From positions 3,776,001 through 3,840,000 of the forward strand of contig CAVRAY010000001.1 of the NCBI GenBank assembly GCA_963719225.1: 64,000 nt of DNA. The letters are read 5' to 3'. Under the pieces are notes generated by a model. It saw only the letters and a list, made by a program, of their open reading frames with translations. It was not told the DNA's origin and ran no database searches. Position 1 is the first letter of the stretch. Each line of letters starts with the position of its first letter. Source of the stretch: Thermoanaerobaculia bacterium (lineage in GTDB: Bacteria; Acidobacteriota; Thermoanaerobaculia; UBA5066). The translations under genes were made by a program, and so were the position numbers. Shown piece after piece: positions 18,032 to 27,862 of this stretch.

Positions 18032-18823
18032 ATGCATCTCGTCGCGTTTCACGGCTATCCCCTCGACCACCGCTTATGGGACTCCCTCGCCGCGCGCGCG
18101 GCGGCGGGGGATCTCGGCCCGTTCAAATCCGTTTTCGCACCCGACTTCCGCGGGCGCGGGAGCTCCCTCCGCCGCGCCACGTCGGTGCACGCGATGTCGC
18201 TTCTCGCCGACGACATGGCCGACGAGATCTCGCGCGCGTTGCCCGAAGGCGAGCCGTTCGTCCTCGCGGGCCTCTCGATGGGCGGCTACGTGGCCTTCGA
18301 GTTCGTCAGGAGGCACGGGGCACGGGAAGGCAATCGCCTCCGGGGTCTCGCTCTCTTCGATACGAAGGCTTCCGCGGACGATGACGCGGGGCGCGCGAAG
18401 CGCAAGGAAGCCATCGAGGCGATCCGGAAGGACGGCATCGAGGCGGCACTCTCCGCGATGCTCCCGAAGCTGCTGGCGAGGAGCTCGAAGGGGGCTCCTG
18501 CCGAAGAAACGGCGCGCGCGATGATCCTCGACACGCCGCCCGAGACCGCGATGGCGGACCTCGCGGGCCTCGCCGTGCGCGACGAAGGCTTCGAGGTCCT
18601 GTCCGGCTGGGAGAAACCTCTTCTCGTCGTCGTCGGCGACGAGGACGCCATCGCGCCGGCGTCGGATGCCGAAGCAATGACGGCCGTCGCGGGACGCGCC
18701 TCGTGGTTGAGCTTCGTGACGGTGCCCTTAGCCGGGCACCTCGTGCCGCTCGAGAACCCCGAGGAGGCCGCGAACGCTCTCGTGGCGCTCGGCGAGCGCG
18801 TTATTTCCCCGACGCGGCGCTGA
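18032..18823 (+). CDS. Alpha/beta fold hydrolase
   Basis: HGYP, PDFRGRG, GLSMGG, GDED and AGH motifs. Confidence 0.9.
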   Translation: MHLVAFHGYPLDHRLWDSLAARAAAGDLGPFKSVFAPDFRGRGSSLRRATSVHAMSLLADDMADEISRALPEGEPFVLAGLSMGGYVAFEFVRRHGAREGNRLRGLALFDTKASADDDAGRAKRKEAIEAIRKDGIEAALSAMLPKLLARSSKGAPAEETARAMILDTPPETAMADLAGLAVRDEGFEVLSGWEKPLLVVVGDEDAIAPASDAEAMTAVAGRASWLSFVTVPLAGHLVPLENPEEAANALVALGERVISPTRR

Positions 18824-20708
18824 AGGACGGCAGGACCGCGAGCGTGGGCGTCGCGGAGCGCGCGGCAACCGGAACCCCGAGGGGCTCGACGGAAGGCTCG
18901 AAGACGGGCAACGTGGAGGGCTTCGGCGCGGGCGCGTAGGACGGAAGAGGAACGCGCTTGCCGTGTGCATAGACCGGGTGGCGGCCCTTCTCCTTGTACC
19001 ACTCGGCCAGCGTCGCGCTTTGGAACATCTCCTCGACGATTTTCCGCCAACCGGCCCCCGTGTTGTACGCGCAGAAGGAGATCTCGCCGAGCTGGGTCCC
19101 GTACGGAATGATGCACATCTCCGTGCGGCGGAAGTCGTAGTTGAAGAGGTCCTGAAACCACATGCCGGCCACGAGAAGGACGCGCCACGGATATCGGGCC
19201 TTCTTCGCGATCCCCATCCCCCGCCCCGTGTGCCCGTCCATGACCTTGAGCGTCTCCCAGACTCCGAGGTTCTTCGGGACCCCCTCCGGGCGGATGTTGC
19301 GCGCGAGGGAGAGCGCGGTCTGGATCACCGTGAGAACACGGCCGCGCGCTGAGTCCGTCACGACCGTGAGGTCGCGCAGGAGACGGTCCGCGTCGAGGAT
19401 CTGCGTGATCGGCACGGCGTCGCCCGACTCGGGATGGACGAGCATCATCGTCGCGATGCCGCAATTCGGGTGACAGCCGCACTTGAGCGAGCCCCACTGC
19501 GCCTCGAGGCCGCCGAGCAGGTCCTTGAGATCGGAGAAGGGGCCCGACGCGGAGAGAGGAAACCAGTCCCGCATCGGCTCGCCGATACCGGCCTGGTCCT
19601 TCACGTCGTGCGCGAGGTGGGCGAGCGTGTAGCGCTGCCGCTTGCGGGTATCGTCGTCGATCTCCTCGTCGCGTCCCGTGAAGGAGACGGGCTGGAAAGA
19701 GACGGCGTTGATCTTGTCGATGTTCCGGATCGCGAATCGGACGATGTCGCCCACCTGGTCGTTGTTGACGGAGTTCACGAGCGTCGTCACGAGGGTGACG
19801 TCGACGCCGGCGGCGTGGAGGTTGTCGAGCGCCTGCAGCTTGACGTCGTACAGGTTGCCCACGCCCCGGTGCGTGTTGTGCTCGTTGCCGACCCCGTCGA
19901 ACTGCAGGTACGCGAGCCTCAGCCCGGCGTCGTACGCGGCTTTCGCGAACCCGGGTTCCTGGGCGAAGCGGATCCCGTTCGTCGCGCATTGGACCGAGAA
20001 GTAGCCGATCTCCTTCGCGTAGCGGGTCGCTTCGAGGAAGAAGGGCGAGATCGTGGGCTCTCCGCCCGAGTACTGAACGGAAAGCTGGCGCCGAGGCTTG
20101 ATGGAGACCGCGTTGTCGAGGATCTCCTTGATGTCCGCGAAGGAGAGCTCGTGGACGTAGCCGACCTGGTTCGCGTCCATGAAGCACGGATTGCACATCA
20201 TGTTGCAGCGGTTCGTGAGGTCGACCGTGAGGACGGCGCCACGGCCGTACTTGATCGACGCCGAGCCGTGGTCGTGAAGGGCGTCCTTCGCGATCTTCAC
20301 GTCGCGCCCGAAGAAATTTTCCTCGAGCCGGCCGAAGAAGCGGGCGTCGCTCGCCATGAGGTCCTCGAACGTGCCGTGCTTCGGGCACGTCTTGACCATC
20401 CAGATCTCGTTCCCGCGCAGGACGATGTCCGCGGGAATCTCCCCCGGGCGCCCGTCGACGAGCTCGCGCAGCTCGCGCGTTCCTCCCACGATCGCGTCCC
20501 GGACCTCGCGCGTGCACGTCGGACAGAGCGAGTCCGTGCGGCGCGGATAACCGAGCGGAGGTTTCGTGCGCTGGTGACTCTTCGGGAGCGGCTCCGGAGC
20601 CCACGCCGGATGAAACGCGCGCGCGGGAATGCGGCGGTTCACGGCCTGGAAAGCGTTCCAGGCGACGTTCGCCGTCGACCGGACCGCCTCGTAGAACAGC
20701 TCGCGCAT
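18801..20708 (-). CDS. Radical SAM protein of the MJ0619/Tes (tetraether lipid synthase)-like family
   Basis: SLCPTC...KTCPKHG N-terminal metal site, CNMMCNPC, SGGEPT, YLQFDG, FQPVSFTGR, CHPNCG and FQD...CIIPY...FCAYN. Confidence 0.85.
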   Translation of the reverse strand: MRELFYEAVRSTANVAWNAFQAVNRRIPARAFHPAWAPEPLPKSHQRTKPPLGYPRRTDSLCPTCTREVRDAIVGGTRELRELVDGRPGEIPADIVLRGNEIWMVKTCPKHGTFEDLMASDARFFGRLEENFFGRDVKIAKDALHDHGSASIKYGRGAVLTVDLTNRCNMMCNPCFMDANQVGYVHELSFADIKEILDNAVSIKPRRQLSVQYSGGEPTISPFFLEATRYAKEIGYFSVQCATNGIRFAQEPGFAKAAYDAGLRLAYLQFDGVGNEHNTHRGVGNLYDVKLQALDNLHAAGVDVTLVTTLVNSVNNDQVGDIVRFAIRNIDKINAVSFQPVSFTGRDEEIDDDTRKRQRYTLAHLAHDVKDQAGIGEPMRDWFPLSASGPFSDLKDLLGGLEAQWGSLKCGCHPNCGIATMMLVHPESGDAVPITQILDADRLLRDLTVVTDSARGRVLTVIQTALSLARNIRPEGVPKNLGVWETLKVMDGHTGRGMGIAKKARYPWRVLLVAGMWFQDLFNYDFRRTEMCIIPYGTQLGEISFCAYNTGAGWRKIVEEMFQSATLAEWYKEKGRHPVYAHGKRVPLPSYAPAPKPSTLPVFEPSVEPLGVPVAARSATPTLAVLPSFSAASGK

Positions 20709-20800
20709 CGATCTCCTCCCCGGATTGGATCGTCGCGCCGCCCTCCCGGTATGGCTCTCGTCGCGACGGCTGTATGAAGCCGGAACTTTACCACGCGACC

Positions 20801-21397
20801 TTACGACACCCGGCCCTCCGTGTCGAGAATGAGTCCCTTTCCAGGTAGTTCGGGGGGCCCGTAAAGGCGCTCGACGCGCCAGAGCGCGGCCTTCCCGACC
20901 GCGCGAACGGCCCCGTAATTGAGAGCCGCTCCGGCGGCGGCGCCGAGGAGGGGAACGAGATGCGAGACCTCGCGCCCCACGAAACGCGCGAGGAGTCGCT
21001 CCGCGACTTCCTCGGCGACCCGGGTCGTCAGGCGGCGCCCCACGTTGATGCCCGCGCCGGCGGCAAGCCCAGCGAGCACCTCGAGCGCGCGCTCCTTCGG
21101 CTCCATGGGGGCGCCGTAAAGGACGTGAAGGGACACGATGAGACGGCTCTGCAGGACGAGGAGCGCCGCCAGCTCGGGCGCGGCGGTCGCGAGCGCCGCC
21201 CACCCGGGCGGCAGCCCCGCGACGCCGCCGACGACGGCGGCCCGGCGGGCTGCCCTCGAGACGAGGCGCTCGCCCAGTTCCCGCGTCGTCCATCCCGGGT
21301 ACCTTGCGGCAAGCGCGCGAACGTCACGGCGGATCAGGTCGACGTCGAGATCCGTCGTGGCCTTCTCGACCAGCTTCAGGAACGTCTCGGCCAACAT
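20801..21397 (-). CDS. EcsC-like family protein
   Basis: AAVVGGVAGLP...LQSRLIVSLHVLYG...VPLLGAAAGAALN pattern. Confidence 0.7.
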   Translation of the reverse strand: MLAETFLKLVEKATTDLDVDLIRRDVRALAARYPGWTTRELGERLVSRAARRAAVVGGVAGLPPGWAALATAAPELAALLVLQSRLIVSLHVLYGAPMEPKERALEVLAGLAAGAGINVGRRLTTRVAEEVAERLLARFVGREVSHLVPLLGAAAGAALNYGAVRAVGKAALWRVERLYGPPELPGKGLILDTEGRVS

Positions 21398-21465
21398 CCG
21401 GGGTCTATCATCGGCGCGGCCGGTGCCCCTGACAAGGTCCGGACGCTCCAAGGAGGAGACAATAA

Positions 21466-22170
21466 ATGTCGATCCGAAAGGCTTCCCGGGCGGCCTGCGC
21501 GACACTCGCGGCCCTCCTCGCCTTTGCCTCTTCCTCGAGCCTCGCCGCGGCTGCGAAACCGAAGCCGAAGAAAAAGCCTCCGGCCAGGGCGGTGGTCCAC
21601 GACTACTCTCATACGCTGGCCGTCCTCCACACCGAGCGCGGGGACGTGACCATCCGCTTCTTTTTCGACCGCGCCCCGAACCACGTCAAGAACTTCATCG
21701 ACCTCGCCGCCTCGGGCTTCTATGACGGCACGCTCTTCCACCGCGTCATCCCGGGCTTCGTCCTGCAGGGCGGCGATCCCCTGACGAAGGATCCGAAGAA
21801 CGCGTTCGTCTGGGGAAATGCCGGCAAGACGGACGCGAAGGGAAATCCGGTCACGCTGAAGCCCGAGTTCAACGAAACCGCCCACAAACGCGGCATCGTC
21901 TCGATGGCCCGGTCCTCGGCGCCCGATTCGGCCTCTTCCCAGTTCTTCATCGTCCTCAAGGACTACCCCTCGCTCGACCACCAGTACACGGCGTTCGGCG
22001 AGGTCGTGAAGGGAATGGACGTCGTGGATCGCATCGTGGCCGACTCGAATCCGGATCCCGCGAACGCCAACCTCGGCAAGCCCCGCGCGTTTCAGAAGCT
22101 CGTGAAAGTCGACCTCGTGGAGGAAAACGCCGCTCCCGCCGCGGCGCCGGCTCCGGCGAAAAAGGGGTGA
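21466..22170 (+). CDS. Cyclophilin-type peptidyl-prolyl isomerase (exported)
   Basis: FYDGTLFHRVIPGFVLQGGDP, SMAR and SQFFI motifs. Confidence 0.95.
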   Translation: MSIRKASRAACATLAALLAFASSSSLAAAAKPKPKKKPPARAVVHDYSHTLAVLHTERGDVTIRFFFDRAPNHVKNFIDLAASGFYDGTLFHRVIPGFVLQGGDPLTKDPKNAFVWGNAGKTDAKGNPVTLKPEFNETAHKRGIVSMARSSAPDSASSQFFIVLKDYPSLDHQYTAFGEVVKGMDVVDRIVADSNPDPANANLGKPRAFQKLVKVDLVEENAAPAAAPAPAKKG

Positions 22171-23090
22171 CGGACCTTTCGGAGCTCGAGGCCGCCCGGC
22201 GGCTCGAGCGCGCCCGTCAGCGTTTCGGCCTCACCGGTGCTCCGGCGCCCGTGCCCCTCGCCGGCGATATCGGCGCACGCCGCTATTTCCGGCAGGCGAC
22301 CGGCCGCGCGTCGACTCTTCTCGTCCTCTACCCTCAGCCGGCGTCGACCGCGCAGGCGAACTGGGCTTCGATCGGCGCGGCGCTCGCTGCCGCCGGCGTG
22401 CGCGTTCCCGCGCTTCATGCGGACGCTCCCGATCTCGGCATCGCTCTGATCGAGGACCTGGGAGATCGGGACCTCGCGATCGACCTCGCGGAAGCGCCCC
22501 TCGAGGATCGCTCCCGTCTCCTCGACGAGGCCGAGGACCTGCTCCTTGCGGTCCGCTCGGTCTCACGGGAGGCCGCCACCCGCAATTCCGCCTTCGATGC
22601 CGAGTTTTTCGCCGCCGAGCTCGACCACACCCGGCACTGGGCGCTCGAGAGGGGAGGCCGCGAGCCGCTCGAGGCGTCGCGCGCCACCGGCTGGCGGCAG
22701 CTCGCGCTGGGCCTCGCCCGGGCGGCGGCCGATCCCGGCGCCACCGGAGATCCCGTTCCGACGCACCGCGACTACCATGCGAACAACCTCATGCGCGGGC
22801 CCGACGGGCTTCTCGCCGCGATCGACTTTCAGGACCTCCGCCTCGGTCCGCCGGACTACGACCCGGTCTCGCTGCGGTTCGAAAGGGCAGCCGAAGCCGT
22901 GGAGTGCGACGGTGCTTCGTATTCGGAGCCCGTCCTGCTTCAGCGCGCATGGAAAGTTCTCGGAACGTTCGAGAAGATGATGCTCATGGGCAGGCCGTTC
23001 TATCGCCCGCACCGCGAGGCGGCGCGGCGCGTCATCCGCCGGCACACGGCTCCCGACGGCCCCTTCGCTCCCCTCCTCGCGTATCTGTGA
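22167..23090 (+). CDS. APH/choline-kinase-family phosphotransferase (AmgK-like)
   Basis: [26 protein letters not shown] and IDFQD motifs. Confidence 0.8.
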   Translation: MTDLSELEAARRLERARQRFGLTGAPAPVPLAGDIGARRYFRQATGRASTLLVLYPQPASTAQANWASIGAALAAAGVRVPALHADAPDLGIALIEDLGDRDLAIDLAEAPLEDRSRLLDEAEDLLLAVRSVSREAATRNSAFDAEFFAAELDHTRHWALERGGREPLEASRATGWRQLALGLARAAADPGATGDPVPTHRDYHANNLMRGPDGLLAAIDFQDLRLGPPDYDPVSLRFERAAEAVECDGASYSEPVLLQRAWKVLGTFEKMMLMGRPFYRPHREAARRVIRRHTAPDGPFAPLLAYL

Positions 23091-23133
23091 GCTCCGGTGC
23101 GGGCGTATGATGCCCCTTAGGCAGGAGGACCCT

Positions 23134-23328
23134 GTGCCGAATCTTGGACTTCCCGAACTTCTCGTCATCCTCGTGATCGTCGTCCTCATCTTCGGGGCCG
23201 GCAAGATCCCGCAGCTCGGCAAGGGCCTCGGCGAAGGCATCAAGAACTTCAAGGACTCGATGCGCGAGGGCCAGTCCGGCGATTCGAAGAACGCCCCCAA
23301 GAACGACGGGACCGAAAAGCCCAAGTAA
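23134..23328 (+). CDS. tatA: Twin-arginine translocase TatA/E subunit
   Basis: [37 protein letters not shown]; AGGAGG SD. Confidence 0.95.
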   Translation: MPNLGLPELLVILVIVVLIFGAGKIPQLGKGLGEGIKNFKDSMREGQSGDSKNAPKNDGTEKPK

Positions 23329-23378
23329 GGTCGGCTCGCCGGCACGGATCCGGAACGGACGGACCGCGGGGCCCGCGC

Positions 23379-24230
23379 ATGAACACGCTCAAGATCGTCT
23401 TCCTCATGACGTTCATGACCGTCCTGCTCGTGGGCGTCGGCCAGCTCGTGGGCGGCCCGCGAGGCGCGGTTTTCGCTCTCGTCCTGGCAGGGGGCATGAA
23501 TCTCGTCTCATACTTCTTCTCGGACCGGATGGTCCTCGCCTCGACCGGCGCTCGCCTCGTCGACGAGTCCGAGGCCCCCGAGCTCCATGCCGTCGTGCGT
23601 TCGCTCGCGGCGAAAGCGGGCATCCCGATGCCGCGCGTGGCGATCATTCCCGACAAGGCGCCGAACGCCTTCGCGACGGGGCGCGATCCCGGTCACGCGG
23701 TCGTCGCGGCGACGGAAGGCCTTCTCGAGCTCGTGGACAGGGACGAGCTTAAGGGAGTCCTCGGTCACGAGCTCGGACATGTCCTGAACCGCGACATCCT
23801 CCTCGGCGCGATCGCGGCGACGCTCGCGGGCGCCCTCACGTATCTTTCCCAGATGGCCATGTGGGGCGGAATGCGGCGCGATGACCGGGAGGAAGGCGGC
23901 GCGAACCCTCTCGCGGGGCTCCTCGCGATCCTCCTCGCCCCGATCGCGGCGGCGATCGTCCAGGCGATGATCTCGCGCCAGGCCGAGTTCCGGGCCGACG
24001 AGACGGGCGCGCACCTGTGCGGCCGGCCGCTGGAGCTCGCTTCGGCGCTCCGGAAGCTCGAAGCTTCCGCCCACCGCACCGAGCTCGAGGCGTCTCCGGC
24101 GACCTCGCATCTGTTTATCGTGAACCCGTTCCCGGGAGGCCTCGCGCGGCTGTTCTCGACCCACCCGCCCACCGAGGAGCGCGTCGCGCGCCTCGAGGCC
24201 ATGGCACATGGGGAAATGAGGCCGGCCTAA
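23379..24230 (+). CDS. htpX: Zinc metalloprotease HtpX
   Basis: PNAFATGR, HELGH, SRQAEFRAD and FSTHPP motifs. Confidence 0.95.
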   Translation: MNTLKIVFLMTFMTVLLVGVGQLVGGPRGAVFALVLAGGMNLVSYFFSDRMVLASTGARLVDESEAPELHAVVRSLAAKAGIPMPRVAIIPDKAPNAFATGRDPGHAVVAATEGLLELVDRDELKGVLGHELGHVLNRDILLGAIAATLAGALTYLSQMAMWGGMRRDDREEGGANPLAGLLAILLAPIAAAIVQAMISRQAEFRADETGAHLCGRPLELASALRKLEASAHRTELEASPATSHLFIVNPFPGGLARLFSTHPPTEERVARLEAMAHGEMRPA

Positions 24231-24466
24231 CTGTTGTCGCGGCCCCTGAGCGGCGGCTTGACCTTCAGGAGCGAGATCTTGGCCCGCAGCGTGTTGCGGT
24301 GAATGCCGAGAGATCGCGCCGCCCGGCCCATGTTCCCGGAGGCGCGCGTGACGGCCGCGGCCACGTATTTCTTCTCGAATTCCTTCTTCGCCGCCTCGAG
24401 AGGAATGCCCTTCGAAACCAGCTCGTCGATGATCCGCTGCAGCTGCCCGTCGATCGTCACAGACAC
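24227..24466 (-). CDS. Fis-like HTH protein
   Basis: EFEKKYV...GNMGRAARSLGIHRNTLRAKI; GGAGG SD before GTG 24466. Confidence 0.85.
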   Translation of the reverse strand: MSVTIDGQLQRIIDELVSKGIPLEAAKKEFEKKYVAAAVTRASGNMGRAARSLGIHRNTLRAKISLLKVKPPLRGRDNS

Positions 24467-24564
24467 GTCTCCTCCCACACACCGCACGAAAAGCTCGCCG
24501 ATTGGGGGAGAGAAAACTATCACGGGATCTTCATCCCGCAACAGTTTTTTGAGGAGCGTTTCTC

Positions 24565-25416
24565 TTACTTGAGCTCGACGGCGTCGCCGATGTAGATGGT
24601 GTCCGACATCAGAGTCACGATGGCGACCGAGGTCCGGGCTCTCGTCGTGAGGATCGACGCCTCGCCGAGGACCGTCCGCACTCCTGCCGCTCTCGTGGAC
24701 GGACGGTAGACGGTGAGGAAATCGCCGGGATTCAGACCGTCCGTTCCACCGAGGTCCAGGAAGACGACCGAGTCGGTTCCGACCGGAGTCACTCCGCCCC
24801 GGTTCTCGACGATGTGGCCGATCAGTTTTCCGTTCGGCACGTCACAGATCGTCGAGGGCTGCGTCCTGCGGACGAGAGGCACCGGAACGGGCTCGAAGGG
24901 GACGATGAAGTCGCCCAGCTGCGTATCGGCGCACCCAAAGGAGATCTCGGCGATCGAGGATCGCTCCTGGGCGCAGATCACGCGCACCCGGGCGGGTGTC
25001 AGGTAGAGTCGGCCGACGACGTCGACGTCCGAGCCCCAGCTGTTGACGAGGTGCTGGGGCCGTACGACCGTGAACTCCATTCCCGCCTGGACGCCGTCAC
25101 TCTGCCCGATGTCGATGTAGACGATGTCGCCCAGCATGAAGAAGGACTGGTTCTTCTCCTTCTCGGCGCTCACGATCGCCCCCGGAAATATCTCGCCCGG
25201 ATCTCCGAGATAGCCCGAGCAATACACGTCGGCCTCGACGCCGATCGGAATCGGACCCGAGAGGGTCTGCGGCACTCGAACGACCGTCTCGAGCCGCGAT
25301 CCGCTGGGCGCGGACGGCACCTGTACCAGCGGGGGACGCGGCTCGTCCGCCGCCTGGAGAGCGGGCAAAGCGGCGAGGAGGATGCCCGCCGAGAGAGCAG
25401 CCAGGGGATGACGCAT
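24565..25416 (-). CDS. Exported beta-rich hypothetical protein
   Basis: Signal peptide; two repeats of the DIVYIDxG...GxEFTV-type pattern. Confidence 0.7.
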   Translation of the reverse strand: MRHPLAALSAGILLAALPALQAADEPRPPLVQVPSAPSGSRLETVVRVPQTLSGPIPIGVEADVYCSGYLGDPGEIFPGAIVSAEKEKNQSFFMLGDIVYIDIGQSDGVQAGMEFTVVRPQHLVNSWGSDVDVVGRLYLTPARVRVICAQERSSIAEISFGCADTQLGDFIVPFEPVPVPLVRRTQPSTICDVPNGKLIGHIVENRGGVTPVGTDSVVFLDLGGTDGLNPGDFLTVYRPSTRAAGVRTVLGEASILTTRARTSVAIVTLMSDTIYIGDAVELK

Positions 25417-25541
25417 GACGACCTCCTGCTCGAAAACGGTGCCCAAGGGACGGCAGAGCCGAGCGAGAACGTGACGAAGAAGCGCCCTAAGTTACCGCAT
25501 CGAAAGCGGTTGCGTCAAATCAGGCCCTTTTCGCGCCTGTC

Positions 25542-26357
25542 TCAGCCGCCCGCGGCCCGAACCGGCGAGGCCGCCACGGCCGGAGGCGCGGGCACCTTCT
25601 TCACGAGAGGACTTGCGGGATAGTCGCGCGCGAGGCGCTCCCACAGCGTTCGCGCTTCGTCCTTGTTGCCCATTCTCTTCTCGAGAAGGCCGGCCTCGTA
25701 GAGGACCTTGTCGAGGCCGGCGTACTCCGGATACGCGGCCAGGATCATGTCCATCCGGCCCTTCGCCGCCTTCCACGCCCTGCGCCTCAGGTAGAAGTGC
25801 CCCACGAGGTATTCGTGCTCGGCGAGGAGTCCCCGCATGACGCCGAGGCGCGCGCGCGACTCCGTGGCATAAGGGGAATCCGGGTAATTGATGGCGAGCT
25901 CGCGATAGGCGGTCGCGGCAAGGCGCGTATTCCCCTGCTCGCGATCCGGGCGCTCCGCCTGGCGGTCCGAGCACTGCGCGAGCCGGAACAGCGCGTAGTC
26001 GGACTTCGGGTGCGAGGGATAGCGGTTCCGGAAGTCCTTGTACCTCACGCCCGCCTCGAGATATCCGAGCTGTGTCTTTTCGTCGAAGAAGGAGTCGGCG
26101 AGACGGAGAGCAGCCTGCCGGCCAATCGGGTCGTTCGCGTAGTTCTCGGCCACGAAGCGGAGGTACTGGCGGCCCGTCTCGTACTTCTTTTTTTTCACGA
26201 GGCCTTCCCCGCGCGCGTACGCCTCCTCCTTCGGCATCGTCAGGAGCTCGCGTGTCAGCTTCGCGGTGTCGTTCGACGCGCCGCAGCCCGACAGGGCCGC
26301 GAGCACCGCGCCGAGCGTCGCGGCGGCGAGGAGACGGGGAGGCGTTCGTCGTGACAT
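25542..26357 (-). CDS. bamD: Outer membrane protein assembly factor BamD
   Basis: Lipobox LSGC; TPR helices; RYPSHP..DY, DREQ and AEHEYLVGHFY motifs. Confidence 0.9.
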   Translation of the reverse strand: MSRRTPPRLLAAATLGAVLAALSGCGASNDTAKLTRELLTMPKEEAYARGEGLVKKKKYETGRQYLRFVAENYANDPIGRQAALRLADSFFDEKTQLGYLEAGVRYKDFRNRYPSHPKSDYALFRLAQCSDRQAERPDREQGNTRLAATAYRELAINYPDSPYATESRARLGVMRGLLAEHEYLVGHFYLRRRAWKAAKGRMDMILAAYPEYAGLDKVLYEAGLLEKRMGNKDEARTLWERLARDYPASPLVKKVPAPPAVAASPVRAAGG

Positions 26358-26391
26358 GGACACCGGAGAATGCACGGACTTCCCCGGTCTT

Positions 26392-27069
26392 TCAAGCACG
26401 CAACGTGCCGGCCGATCCGGCGGCCTCCCGGAGCCGTTTGATCGACCCCGCCACGTCGCCGGTCGAAAAAACGGAGGAGCCCGCGACGAAATGGCTCGCT
26501 CCGGCACGGACGAGATCGCCGATGTTCCCGGGACCGACTCCCCCGTCCACGGCGATCGACGCACGCGAACCGGAGCTCCGGATCGTCTCCGAAAGCCGCG
26601 CGACCCGCTCGAGCGAGCCCTCGATGAAGGCCTGGCCTCCCCAGCCAGGATTGACCGTCATCACGAGGACGAAGTCGACGAAGAGAAGCGCCTCGTCGAG
26701 CGCAGCGAGCGCGGTGCCCGGGTTGATCGCGACGCCCGGGCTGGCGCCGCGCCCGCGCACCTGCTGGGCGAACCTGTGGAGGTGCGGCTCGGCCTCGACG
26801 TGTATCGCCACGCGGGCTGCGCCCGCGTCGAGGTACTGATCGAGCGTCGACAGCGGTTCCTCGATCATGAGATGGACGTCGAAGGGCACGCGCGTCACCT
26901 TGCGGAGGGCGTTGAGGACGATCGGCCCGACCGTGAGATTCGGAACGAAGTGCCCGTCCATGACGTCGAAGTGAATCCAGTCCGCGCCGCCGTCCTCGCA
27001 CGCGCGTGCGGCCTCGCCGAGCCGCGAAAAATCCGCGGAAAGCAGCGAGGGCGCGAGGGCGACGCTCAC
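26392..27069 (-). CDS. rpe: Ribulose-phosphate 3-epimerase
   Basis: APSLLSADF, HFDVMDGHFVPN, DVHLM and VDGG motifs. Confidence 0.95.
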   Translation of the reverse strand: MSVALAPSLLSADFSRLGEAARACEDGGADWIHFDVMDGHFVPNLTVGPIVLNALRKVTRVPFDVHLMIEEPLSTLDQYLDAGAARVAIHVEAEPHLHRFAQQVRGRGASPGVAINPGTALAALDEALLFVDFVLVMTVNPGWGGQAFIEGSLERVARLSETIRSSGSRASIAVDGGVGPGNIGDLVRAGASHFVAGSSVFSTGDVAGSIKRLREAAGSAGTLRA

Positions 27070-27791
27070 GAGCCTCCCTCGGGAGAGGCGATCACGAAGG
27101 AGAGGGAGTCGCGCCGCGTGACCGGCGAGCCCGCCAGCGGAAACTGCCTGAGGATCGTCCCCGTGATCGCCCCCTCGTAGGACTGGCTCTTGACGCCGCC
27201 GATGCGGAACCCCCGCTCTTCGAAGGCGATCCGCACGCGCTCGAAGTCGCGGCCGATGAGATCGGGCATGACCCAGGCGACGTCCGGCACGCCGCGATTC
27301 ACGAGGAGATCCACGGGCGAGTCGGGCGGCGTGATCGATCCCGGTGCGATTCCCTGGGCGACGACCCCGGGAGGTCCCGGAATCCGGAGGGACGCGACCG
27401 CGGCCTCCTTGAGTCCCGCCTTGGCGATGGTGAGCGCGGCGGCGCGCGCGGAAAGGCCCGTCAGGTCGGGCATCCGGACGGCGCGGGGACCGAGCGAAAG
27501 AGCGAGGCGGATCGTCTGGCCGCCCTTGACCGCGGTGTTCGCGGCCGGCAGCTGGCTGCGCACGCGATGCGCGGCGACGGCGTCGTCGAAGCCTTCCTGC
27601 GCGGGATCCACCTTCACCTCCAGGCCGCGTTCGGCCGCGAGGGTCGCCGCTTCCTCGGCGGTCAGGTTCGTGAAATTCGGGACCTTGAGCGACTTTCCCG
27701 CCACGAACCGCGTGAAGGAAACCCAGGTCGCCGTGGCGAGCACACCGGCCAGCAACATTGCGTAGATCACTCTTCCGAACACGCCTCCCAT
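27066..27791 (-). CDS. PASTA-domain membrane protein
   Basis: N-terminal TM plus three PASTA repeats (VPNFTNL, MPDLTGL, MPDLIGR). Confidence 0.9.
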   Translation of the reverse strand: MGGVFGRVIYAMLLAGVLATATWVSFTRFVAGKSLKVPNFTNLTAEEAATLAAERGLEVKVDPAQEGFDDAVAAHRVRSQLPAANTAVKGGQTIRLALSLGPRAVRMPDLTGLSARAAALTIAKAGLKEAAVASLRIPGPPGVVAQGIAPGSITPPDSPVDLLVNRGVPDVAWVMPDLIGRDFERVRIAFEERGFRIGGVKSQSYEGAITGTILRQFPLAGSPVTRRDSLSFVIASPEGGS

Positions 27792-27862
27792 GGCGAATCG
27801 ACTTTAGCAGGCCGGCCGACACCCTTGACTCGTTCCCCCCGGACCGGGAGACTGCCCCTCCC

